A DNA stretch of 64,000 bases. It comes from Alphaproteobacteria bacterium (lineage in GTDB: Bacteria > Pseudomonadota > Alphaproteobacteria > JAQWUY01). The translations under genes and the position numbers were made by a program. Shown piece by piece: positions 9,945 through 17,809 of this stretch. Each line of letters opens with the position of its first letter. Position 1 is the first letter of the stretch. The notes below the pieces were generated by a model. The model was given only the letters and a program-made list of their open reading frames with translations. It was not told the DNA's origin and did no database searches. Location: NCBI GenBank assembly GCA_029250225.1, contig JAQWUY010000031.1, forward strand, positions 87,705-151,704, read 5' to 3'.

Positions 9945-10019
9945 GTCTCCTTCGTCTAGCGGTTAGGACGCCGCCCTTTCACGGCGGAAACAGGGGTTCA
10001 ATTCCCCTAGGAGATGCCA
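9945..10019 (+). tRNA. tRNA-Glu (anticodon UUC), CCA encoded
   Basis: Manual cloverleaf. Acceptor stem GTCTCCT/AGGAGAT, D-stem GTCT/GGAC, anticodon stem CCGCC/GGCGG with loop CTTTCAC (anticodon TTC), T-stem AGGGG/CCCCT with loop TTCAATT, discriminator G, then CCA. Total 75 nt. Confidence 0.9.
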
Positions 10020-10025
10020 ATGTTA

Positions 10026-10054
10026 AAAACACCCCGTTTCGGGGTGTTTTTTTT
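10026..10054. terminator. Bidirectional rho-independent terminator (CACCCCG-TTT-CGGGGTG flanked by A-run and T-run)
   Basis: A GC-rich 7-bp stem, then T8 on the plus strand after the tRNA. AAAAA before it gives a U-tract for the minus-strand orf104 transcript. Confidence 0.65.
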
Positions 10055-10076
10055 GTTTCACTGATAAGTCATATAA

Positions 10077-10129
10077 AAAACATAAATGATGCCTTAGCAA
10101 TCAATTATATTGATTTAAAAGCATATTTG
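10077..10129 (-). repeat. Direct repeat copy A: promoter/5'-end module of the T5orf172-family gene (about 53 bp, 93% identical to copy B)
   Basis: Copy A reads aaaacataaatgatgccttagcaatcaattatatTGatttaaaagcatatTtg. Copy B (10522-10574) reads ...atatCAatttaaaagcatatCtg. On the minus strand copy A carries TATAAT, an AAGG SD and the remnant codons GIIYV, then diverges. Confidence 0.8.
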
Positions 10130-10444
10130 CTATAATGGTCTACTTGACAAATCTGCTATTTTTATATCTCCTTGTGAGGTTTCTTTGTAAGTGATTAATG
10201 CAATTATTCTATTTTCTCTAAGTTTTTCTAAATTATCTTTAAGATAATTTTCTATGAGTGGTTTTATTTTCTCAAATATATCTTTTGAGTTTTCTTTTTG
10301 CCATGATTCTTGTTCTATATAATCACTTGCTATATTTAAATCTATATCTCTATTGAAAATTTTACCATCTTCTTCTACTTTAAAACTAATTGCAACACCA
10401 TCATTATCTCTTTCTAGTTCTTTTATAAATTCTATTTTAATCAT
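10130..10444 (-). CDS. Hypothetical acidic protein (104 aa), orphan
   Basis: The ATG at 10444 is preceded by AAGGAG with a 7-nt spacer. An open frame of 104 codons is unlikely by chance in 30%-GC DNA. The product is rich in D/E, with no motif I recognise. It sits exactly between repeat copies A and B. Confidence 0.55.
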   Translation of the reverse strand: MIKIEFIKELERDNDGVAISFKVEEDGKIFNRDIDLNIASDYIEQESWQKENSKDIFEKIKPLIENYLKDNLEKLRENRIIALITYKETSQGDIKIADLSSRPL

Positions 10445-10493
10445 TTTGACTCCTTATTATAATTTTTAATATATCTTAGTAGATATGTTGCAC

Positions 10494-10574
10494 AATCCTA
10501 TCTGGCATAGAAAGATTTGTCAAAACATAAATGATGCCTTAGCAATCAATTATATCAATTTAAAAGCATATCTG
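10494..10574 (-). pseudogene. Direct repeat copy B: promoter (extended -10 TGATATAAT) plus 5'-terminal 17-codon remnant of a T5orf172 paralogue
   Basis: On the minus strand the sequence reads TTGATATAATTGATTGCTAAGGCATCATTTATGTTTTGACAAATCTTTCTATGCCAGATAGGATT. It encodes (stop)-GIIYVLTNLSMPDR and then diverges. It is about 90% identical to 11227-11277, the real gene start, which encodes MSKGIIYVLTNPSMPDW. The start codon is lost, ATG becoming GAT. Confidence 0.75.
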
Positions 10575-10644
10575 TTCACATAATCATTAAGATAAATGTA
10601 AATTATTAAAAAATTGTAGGAATTAGCAAAATAAAAAAAGTGTT

Positions 10645-11280
10645 TTATTCTGATTCTAGTCTTATTCTCATACGATGTAAATTAACTTCATCACCAACTC
10701 TCCAATAGCTGGCTGGCTGAAAAGATTTCCAATTATAACCTAATTCATTTAATACTATCGATGTTGCATCTTTAAACTTCATTTTTTTATCTCTGAAAGA
10801 TAAAATATTTTTTTTGTTATCTAGAATTTTTGCTGTTATTGATTCATCTTTTGTAAATTTTATTTCATCACCAACATTAAGGCCGACAATGGAAAAATGA
10901 AACCTTTCCCTTTGTTTATTCTTTTTTTCCTGTTCTTTTATTTCTTTTACGGTTTCTTGGTCTATATTTGTTTTTAATTCAACAACTTCACCATCATAAC
11001 TATCTATAAGCTTGACAACCTGATCTAGGCAATCTTTTTTTATAAATTCTTTTGAGCCTGCTTTTAAGCCAAGACTACCATATGCATCAAAAACTGCACT
11101 TTCTTTTTTCTTACAATCATTAACCTCTTTGGCATAATAAAAATCAAAAGGAAGGGGAACACCTGTTGGCCTTGATAACTCTTTTATTCTTTTATTAACA
11201 TCTGCTCTTTTTGTAATTCCTACTTTAATCCAATCTGGCATAGAAGGATTTGTTAAAACATAAATGATGCCTTTGCTCAT
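10645..11280 (-). CDS. Stand-alone GIY-YIG-like (T5orf172/MUG113-type) domain protein with a DUF4357-like C-terminal module
   Basis: The 211-aa product has the N-terminus GIIYVLTNPSMPDWIKVGIT...NKRIKELS...GVPLPFDFYYAKEV, matching the T5orf172 pattern GxxYVLxNxxxPxxxKVGxTxxxxxxRxxxL...GVPxPF. The C-terminal 80 aa (FHFSIVGLNVGDEIKF...ATSIVLNELGYNWKSFQPASYWRVGDEVNLHRMR) resemble the small module commonly fused to T5orf172. It starts 6 bp after the gatB stop, on the same strand. Confidence 0.7.
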   Translation of the reverse strand: MSKGIIYVLTNPSMPDWIKVGITKRADVNKRIKELSRPTGVPLPFDFYYAKEVNDCKKKESAVFDAYGSLGLKAGSKEFIKKDCLDQVVKLIDSYDGEVVELKTNIDQETVKEIKEQEKKNKQRERFHFSIVGLNVGDEIKFTKDESITAKILDNKKNILSFRDKKMKFKDATSIVLNELGYNWKSFQPASYWRVGDEVNLHRMRIRLESE

Positions 11281-11286
11281 TAGAAC

Positions 11287-12741
11287 CTACTTCAATTTTT
11301 GTGCTAGTAGTTTATTAACCATAGCGGGATTAGCTTTGCCGGCTGTTTTTTGCATAACTTGACCAACGAACCACCCTATTAGTTTCGGGTTTTCTTTGAC
11401 TTTTGCTACTTGATTTGGGTTTTCAGTGATTACAGTATCAATAATGCCTTCAATTGCACCAGTATCTGTAATTTGCTTTAATCCCTTTTCCTCGACAATA
11501 ACAGCGGGTTTTTTACTAGTTTTAAACATATCAGCAAAAACTTCTTTGGCAATTTTACCTGAAATAGTATTATCTTCTATCAAGCTAATTAATTCGGCTA
11601 GGTCTTGTGCTTTTACAGGGCAATCATTTATATCTAGCTCTGCTTTTTTTAATGCACCGAATAATTCAGAAACAACCCAGTTAGCTGCTAGTTTTTTGTT
11701 TTTAACACCGCTTGCTACTTTTTCAAAATATGAGGCATTTTTTTTGTTTGCAACCAAAACAGCACCATCATAACTAGATAATCCGAATTCATTAATAAAT
11801 CTTTCTTTCTTCGTATCTGGTAATTCAGGCAAACTATCTTTACATTCATTGATAAATTCATCATCAATAACCACTGGTAATAAATCAGGGTCTGGGAAAT
11901 ATCTATAATCGTGAGCATCTTCTTTGCTACGCATTGTACGAGTTTCGCCTTTTTCAGCATCAAAGAGTCTTGTTTCTTGGTCAATTACTCCGCCATTTTC
12001 AAGAATTTCAACCTGACGAGTAGCTTCAACCATTATAGCTTGCTTGATAAATCTTACAGAGTTAATATTTTTGCACTCAGTCCTTGTTCCTAAGTTTTTA
12101 TCACCAACACGACGAACAGAAACATTTACATCAGCACGCATTGAACCCCTTGCCATAATACCATCACAAGAATCAATATATTGTACAATTGTTTGTATTT
12201 TTGTGAAGTAAGCTCCGGCTTCTTCTGCTGAGCGAATATCGGGATTTGATACAATTTCCATCAATCCAACTCCTGAACGGTTTAAATCAATAAATGATTT
12301 TTCTGGGTGTTGGTCGTGAATTGATTTACCCGCATCTTGTTCAATATGTAATCTTTCAATACCTATTTCTTTTGTTGTGCCATCTTGTAAGTCAATTGTA
12401 ACGACACCCTCACCAACTGTTGGTTGGTCTGCTTGTGAAATCTGATAACCTTGTGGTAAATCTGCATAAAAATAGTTTTTACGAGCAAATACGGATTTTT
12501 TATTGATTTTAGCACCTAGTGCTAATCCAGTTCTTACAGCTTGCCTTACACATTCTTTATTAACCACTGGCAACATACCTGGAAAAGCTGAATCTACAAA
12601 ACTTACATTTTCGTTTGGTTGTGCACCAAATGATGCAGGTGAACAAGACATTAATTTTGATTGTGAAATAATTTGTGCGTGGACTTCCAATCCAATTACC
12701 ATTTCCCAATCACCTGTTGTTCCTTTTATTATAGCAGTCAT
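11287..12741 (-). CDS. gatB: Glu-tRNA(Gln)/Asp-tRNA(Asn) amidotransferase subunit B
   Basis: The 484-aa product has the GatB N-terminus [13 protein letters not shown] and a YqeY-like C-terminus. Confidence 0.95.
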   Translation of the reverse strand: MTAIIKGTTGDWEMVIGLEVHAQIISQSKLMSCSPASFGAQPNENVSFVDSAFPGMLPVVNKECVRQAVRTGLALGAKINKKSVFARKNYFYADLPQGYQISQADQPTVGEGVVTIDLQDGTTKEIGIERLHIEQDAGKSIHDQHPEKSFIDLNRSGVGLMEIVSNPDIRSAEEAGAYFTKIQTIVQYIDSCDGIMARGSMRADVNVSVRRVGDKNLGTRTECKNINSVRFIKQAIMVEATRQVEILENGGVIDQETRLFDAEKGETRTMRSKEDAHDYRYFPDPDLLPVVIDDEFINECKDSLPELPDTKKERFINEFGLSSYDGAVLVANKKNASYFEKVASGVKNKKLAANWVVSELFGALKKAELDINDCPVKAQDLAELISLIEDNTISGKIAKEVFADMFKTSKKPAVIVEEKGLKQITDTGAIEGIIDTVITENPNQVAKVKENPKLIGWFVGQVMQKTAGKANPAMVNKLLAQKLK

Positions 12742-12754
12742 TGTTAATTATTCC

Positions 12755-14206
12755 TTATATATTTGGTGTTGCATCAAATTTTGCTTGCTTTTCTAGGGCA
12801 TAGCTTGCTTTTAAAACAGTTTCTTCATCGAATGCTTTACCTATTATTTGTAATCCCAGAGGTAAGCCACTATCACTAAGTCCAACCGGCACAGACATTC
12901 CAGGTAAACCAGCCATATTTAAAGTTACACTAAATACATCATTTAAATACATTTTTACCGGATCTTCTTGATTTTCACCAATTTTAAAGGCCGGACTTGG
13001 TGTAATTGGTGTTAATAATGCATCAACAGATTCAAACGCTTTTTTAAAGTCATTTGCAACCAAGCGACGAACCTTTTGTGCTTTAATATAATAAGCATCA
13101 TAAAAACCAGCCGACAATACATAAGTACCCATTAATATACGGCGTTTTACTTCCTCGCCAAAACCTTCTGATCTTGTAAGTTCGTACATTTCATCTAATT
13201 CTTTGCCACTAACTCTATGGCCGTAACGAACTCCGTCGTATCTTGATAAGTTACTAGATGCTTCTGCACAAGCTATTATATAATATGCAGGTAAGGCATA
13301 TTTTGTATGTGGTAGTGAAACATCTACAATTTCAGCCCCAGCTTCGACAAGCATTTTTTTACCATTATCCCATATTTTAGCAATTTCTTGTGGCATATCA
13401 TCAATATAATATTCCTTTGGAATACCTATTTTTAGCCCTTTTACATCGCCTGTTAATACAGCTTCAAAATCTGGCACTGGAATATTTGCCGATGTAGAAT
13501 CTTTTTCATCGTGTCCAGACATATTGGATAACATAATAGCACAATCACGCACATCTTTACCTATCGGCCCGACTTGGTCAAGACTTGATGCATAAGCAAC
13601 AACTCCCCAACGAGAACAGCGCCCATAAGTTGGACGAATTCCAGCAACACCACAAAAAGCCGAAGGTTGACGAATTGAACCACCAGTATCAGTTCCTGTA
13701 CTAGCAATAGCAGATCTTGCCGAAACAGCACAAGCCGAACCACTAGAAGAACCACCAGCAACTAAGTCATTTCCCCAAGGGTTTTTTGTTCCACCGTAAA
13801 ATGAGCTTTGTCCATTTGAACCCATTGCAAATTGATCTAAGTTTAATTTACCTAATGATATACAGCCACTTTCAGCAAGTTTTTGTGATACAGTTGATTC
13901 ATAATCTGGTGTAAAATTATCGAGCATTTTTGAACCTGCTGTTGTTTTTACGCCTTTTGTACATAATAAATCTTTGTGTGCAATTGGCATACCTTCCATA
14001 GGTCGCATATTACCACTAGCGATATTATTATCGGCAATTTTTGCCTGAGATAATGCATTATCGGTTGTTTTTGTAATATAAGCATTAAGATTATCAGTTT
14101 TTTCCATTTGATTTATATATGATGTTGTTAATTCAACAGCACTAAAATCTTTGTTCTTTAACCCAGTTGTTGCCTGAGATATTGTAAGTTTAGTTAAATC
14201 AGTCAT
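12755..14206 (-). CDS. gatA: Glu-tRNA(Gln) amidotransferase subunit A
   Basis: The 483-aa product carries the amidase signature GGSSSGSA. Confidence 0.95.
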   Translation of the reverse strand: MTDLTKLTISQATTGLKNKDFSAVELTTSYINQMEKTDNLNAYITKTTDNALSQAKIADNNIASGNMRPMEGMPIAHKDLLCTKGVKTTAGSKMLDNFTPDYESTVSQKLAESGCISLGKLNLDQFAMGSNGQSSFYGGTKNPWGNDLVAGGSSSGSACAVSARSAIASTGTDTGGSIRQPSAFCGVAGIRPTYGRCSRWGVVAYASSLDQVGPIGKDVRDCAIMLSNMSGHDEKDSTSANIPVPDFEAVLTGDVKGLKIGIPKEYYIDDMPQEIAKIWDNGKKMLVEAGAEIVDVSLPHTKYALPAYYIIACAEASSNLSRYDGVRYGHRVSGKELDEMYELTRSEGFGEEVKRRILMGTYVLSAGFYDAYYIKAQKVRRLVANDFKKAFESVDALLTPITPSPAFKIGENQEDPVKMYLNDVFSVTLNMAGLPGMSVPVGLSDSGLPLGLQIIGKAFDEETVLKASYALEKQAKFDATPNI

Positions 14207-14493
14207 TATTCCACCACCTTCGGAACGGTAAAGAAGTTCATAGTATCATCGGTTGCATTATTTACAATAGTTTCAGGATAACCACCGTCTTTTATTTCGT
14301 CATTGCGTAAAACCTGAACTCCATCAAGTGGATTTGCCATAGGTTCAACATTATCTGTATTTAATTCATTTAATTGTTCCATAAAACCTAGAACTTTTTG
14401 AATATCATTTGTGTATTGTTCAAGTTGTTTATCATCGATACGAATACGAGATAATTTAGCTACTTTTTTAACATCATCATTACTGAAAGACAT
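14206..14493 (-). CDS. gatC: Glu-tRNA(Gln) amidotransferase subunit C
   Basis: The 95-aa product starts [17 protein letters not shown]. Its stop overlaps the gatA start in an ATGA arrangement. Confidence 0.9.
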   Translation of the reverse strand: MSFSNDDVKKVAKLSRIRIDDKQLEQYTNDIQKVLGFMEQLNELNTDNVEPMANPLDGVQVLRNDEIKDGGYPETIVNNATDDTMNFFTVPKVVE

Positions 14494-14614
14494 AATTTAC
14501 CTTTTCTGATTTAAAATTGAAAAATTTTGATAGTGATATATATAGCAAAATATAAGTAATATTAAAATAAAAAACTTGTAATATTAATGAATTTATTTTA
14601 TTACAATAGTTAAT

Positions 14615-15088
14615 ATGATAACTGAAACACAAAATATAATAAAATTATTAAAGCCTGGACAACGAATAATGGGAATTGATTTGGGCGAAAAAACAATAGG
14701 AGTGTCTGTCTCAGACCCTGCTTTTAGAGTGGCAAGTCCTATAAAAACAATAAGACGAAAAAAATTCAAAACTGATATTATTGAAATAAAAAATGTAGTC
14801 CACGATTATAATATCGGGGCAATAATATTAGGGTTTCCATTAAATATGGATGGTAGTAAATCAAAAAGATGTCAATCAACAAAACAATTTGCTTTAAACT
14901 TATCTTATAATGGAATTGATATTCCAATGGCATTTTTTGATGAAAGATTATCAACTGTAGCTGTTGAAAAAATATTAATTAATGAAGCTGATATGAGTCG
15001 TGAAAAAAGGAGTAAATCCGTAGATAAAATGGCGTCTTCGTTTATTTTACAAGGCGCATTGGAATACTTACAAAATATTGAACATTAG
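14615..15088 (+). CDS. ruvX: Putative pre-16S rRNA nuclease / Holliday-junction resolvase-like YqgF
   Basis: The 157-aa product has a GIDLGEKTIGVSVSD RNase H-like N-terminal motif. The start could instead be the internal ATG at 14669. Confidence 0.8.
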   Translation: MITETQNIIKLLKPGQRIMGIDLGEKTIGVSVSDPAFRVASPIKTIRRKKFKTDIIEIKNVVHDYNIGAIILGFPLNMDGSKSKRCQSTKQFALNLSYNGIDIPMAFFDERLSTVAVEKILINEADMSREKRSKSVDKMASSFILQGALEYLQNIEH

Positions 15089-15101
15089 GGAGGTTCATTG
15101 T

Positions 15102-16034
15102 ATGACTACACTTAAAAATAAAAGTATAATTGACATAGAAGATTTATCAATAGAGGAAGTTAATTCTATACTAGATTTAGCTGAAACTTATTCCAAACAA
15201 AACCGACAAAGAAATGTACCTTATAATAAATTACAGGGGCTAGGCCTTATTAATGTGTTTTTTGAAAACTCTACTCGCACTTTAATGAGTTTTGAGCTAG
15301 CTGGTAAAAAATTAGGTATGCATACAGTTAATATGAGTGTTTCTAACTCTTCATTACAAAAAGGCGAAACTCTAAGGGATACTATCAAGACTCTAGAATC
15401 TATGTTAGCTGATGTGATAGTGATAAGACATAGTCAAAATGGTGTCATAAAAATGATTGATGATATGGTTGATTGTTGTGTTATCAATGCTGGTAATGGT
15501 ACAAATTCACACCCAACACAAGCATTACTTGATGCACTTAGTATTCGCAATAAGTTAGGAACTTTAAAAGGTATTAAAGTTGCAATTTGTGGTGACATTA
15601 GGCATTCAAGAGTTGCTCGTTCTAATATAAAATTAATTAAAATGTTAGGCGGAGATGTAAATATTATCGCTCCAAAAGAATTGATACCATCTGGTATAGA
15701 TAATTGGGGAGTTAGCGTATTTAATGATATGGACGAGGGAATTAAAAATTGCGATGTTATTATGATGCTTCGATTACAAATGGAAAGAATGCAAGAAACA
15801 AAAATTTCAGATAAACAGGCATATCATAAGTTATATGGTTTAAATCACGAAAGACTAGAAAATGCAAAAAAGGATGTGTTAGTAATGCACCCAGGCCCTA
15901 TTAATCGTGGCGTGGAAATATCTGCTGAACTTGCAGATGATGCTGAAAGAACATTGATTAATTATCAAGTTGAAATGGGTGTTGCTGTGAGAATGGCTTG
16001 TTTAGATTTATTGACAACTAAAAAACAAAAGTAG
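15102..16034 (+). CDS. pyrB: Aspartate carbamoyltransferase catalytic subunit
   Basis: The track ORF starts at 15078. The ATG at 15102 is preceded by GGGAGG at 15087-15092. The product carries STRTL and HPxQ motifs. Confidence 0.9.
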   Translation: MTTLKNKSIIDIEDLSIEEVNSILDLAETYSKQNRQRNVPYNKLQGLGLINVFFENSTRTLMSFELAGKKLGMHTVNMSVSNSSLQKGETLRDTIKTLESMLADVIVIRHSQNGVIKMIDDMVDCCVINAGNGTNSHPTQALLDALSIRNKLGTLKGIKVAICGDIRHSRVARSNIKLIKMLGGDVNIIAPKELIPSGIDNWGVSVFNDMDEGIKNCDVIMMLRLQMERMQETKISDKQAYHKLYGLNHERLENAKKDVLVMHPGPINRGVEISAELADDAERTLINYQVEMGVAVRMACLDLLTTKKQK

Positions 16035-16041
16035 GTAAGCT

Positions 16042-16620
16042 ATGGAATACTTATTAATTGGATATTTATTAGGGTCAATTCCTTTCGGATTATTATTATG
16101 TTTTTTATTTGGTTATGGCGATATTCGTAAAATCGGCTCTGGTAACATCGGGGCAACAAATGTTCTAAGAACTGGTAATAAATTTTTGGCACTAATTACT
16201 TTAATACTAGATATTTCAAAAGGTGGAATAGCTGTATTAATAGCAAAAAAGTTCGCAATGGAAAACAACATAGCTGTTTATGCTGGGTTATTTGCAATTA
16301 TTGGTCATAATTTTCCGTTGTGGTTAAAATTTAAAGGTGGCAAAGGAATTGCAACAACTATTGGTACTATCGTCGTTATTTCACCTATAATAGGAAGTAT
16401 TGTCATATCAATATGGGTTTTAGTTGCGTTTATGTTTAAATACTCGTCTCTTGCTGGTATGCTTTCATTGATAAGCGCCCCTATCATAGCAATAATATTT
16501 AAATTAAATCATTTAATTTTACCTTTTTCAATTATTACTGTTATGGCTTTAATAAAACATAGAAAAAACATAGTACAACTTATAAATGGCACAGAACCTA
16601 AGATAAAGATAAAGAAATAA
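16042..16620 (+). CDS. plsY: Glycerol-3-phosphate acyltransferase PlsY
   Basis: The 192-aa multi-TM product has GSGNIGATNVLRTG. Confidence 0.85.
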   Translation: MEYLLIGYLLGSIPFGLLLCFLFGYGDIRKIGSGNIGATNVLRTGNKFLALITLILDISKGGIAVLIAKKFAMENNIAVYAGLFAIIGHNFPLWLKFKGGKGIATTIGTIVVISPIIGSIVISIWVLVAFMFKYSSLAGMLSLISAPIIAIIFKLNHLILPFSIITVMALIKHRKNIVQLINGTEPKIKIKK

Positions 16621-16621
16621 T

Positions 16622-17734
16622 ATGAAAAATACAGAAAGAGTTGCTAGGTTACAACTGTATCGCACTAAAAATATAGGAAGTGTAACATACAACAAGCTTA
16701 TGGCAAGATTTGGTTGCGCAACAGGCGCACTTGAAAATTTACAAGAAATAAATAAACGATATAGAAAAAATATATCACCGCCTAAAATTAGCGAAATTAA
16801 CAAAGAATTTGAAACAGCTGAAAACACAAATGTAAAAATATTGATTTCAGGCGATGAAGATTTTCCATATATGTTAACCACTTATAATTCCTTACCACCT
16901 ATTATATTTGCTAAGGGAAATATTGAATTACTTAATAAAAGATCTTTTTCTATCGTCGGAGCTAGAAATTCTAGTCCAATGGCAAGTCGCTATGCTTATA
17001 GGTATGCTGAAATTTTAGGTAATTTTGGCTTAACAATAGTTTCTGGACTAGCAAGGGGAATTGATACACAAGCTCATCTTGGTTCACTGTCAACCGGCAC
17101 AATAGCAGTTATGGGAAATTGTGTTAATACACCCTATCCAAAAGAAAATGCAAAGCTTTACGAAGATATTATATCTGTTGGTTGTGTAATAAGTGAAATG
17201 CCAATTGGAACAAAACCAAATGCAAAACTATTCCCTGCAAGGAATCGTATTATTGCTGGATTGTCGTTGGGAACATTAGTTGTGGAAGCTGAAATAAAAT
17301 CAGGTTCATTAATAACTGCAAAAATGGCAAATGATATGGGGCGAGATGTGTTTGCAATCCCTGCTCACCCAACAGATAGTCGCGGGCGGGGCTGTAACAA
17401 GATAATAAAAGATGGCACTGCTTCGTTAGTCGAAGTTCCAGATGATGTAATAAATCAATTATCTGTATTTAATAATAATTTAAATTATAATCCAATAAAT
17501 AATAATATATTTACTCCTGATGATTTTGTTCCAAAACTAGAAGAGAGTGAAATTAATAAAGTTCATCAGGATATAATAAAATTATTAACCCATCATCCTA
17601 TGGATGTTGATGAAATAATAAGGCAAATAGATATTCCTGCTAAAATAGTTAGAACTGTGTTGCTTGAACTAGAATTAGTTGAAATTATATCGTATACAAC
17701 AAGTGGTCTTGTTCAATTATTGCCATCACGATAA
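16622..17734 (+). CDS. dprA: DNA processing protein A (Smf)
   Basis: The 370-aa product has a Rossmann-like DprA domain (IVGARNSSP, GIDT..H) and a C-terminal winged-helix region. Confidence 0.85.
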   Translation: MKNTERVARLQLYRTKNIGSVTYNKLMARFGCATGALENLQEINKRYRKNISPPKISEINKEFETAENTNVKILISGDEDFPYMLTTYNSLPPIIFAKGNIELLNKRSFSIVGARNSSPMASRYAYRYAEILGNFGLTIVSGLARGIDTQAHLGSLSTGTIAVMGNCVNTPYPKENAKLYEDIISVGCVISEMPIGTKPNAKLFPARNRIIAGLSLGTLVVEAEIKSGSLITAKMANDMGRDVFAIPAHPTDSRGRGCNKIIKDGTASLVEVPDDVINQLSVFNNNLNYNPINNNIFTPDDFVPKLEESEINKVHQDIIKLLTHHPMDVDEIIRQIDIPAKIVRTVLLELELVEIISYTTSGLVQLLPSR

Positions 17735-17745
17735 ATTGAAAACAC

Positions 17746-17772
17746 TTGACAAAGTTGTAAAATATTTATAAT
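17746..17772 (+). promoter_or_regulatory. Candidate sigma70 promoter for topA (TTGACA-N15-TATAAT)
   Basis: Consensus hexamers at 17746-17751 and 17767-17772. The spacer is 15 nt, which is short. The site lies about 38 nt upstream of the topA ATG. Confidence 0.35.
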
Positions 17773-17809
17773 TACAAAGAAAAAACAAATACGAAATGGA
17801 AAAAATTTA

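Noticed and set aside
9914-10135. 73-aa plus-strand ORF spanning the tRNA region
   Set aside because: The sequence is tRNA-Glu plus its terminator and repeat copy A. The ORF is an artefact.
10020-11286. Possibility of a CRISPR array or integron attC sites in the repeat-containing islet
   Set aside because: There are only two repeat copies, they are partly coding, and they are separated by a 390-bp ORF rather than by short spacers. No cas or integrase gene is nearby, and no attC-like imperfect palindrome is seen.
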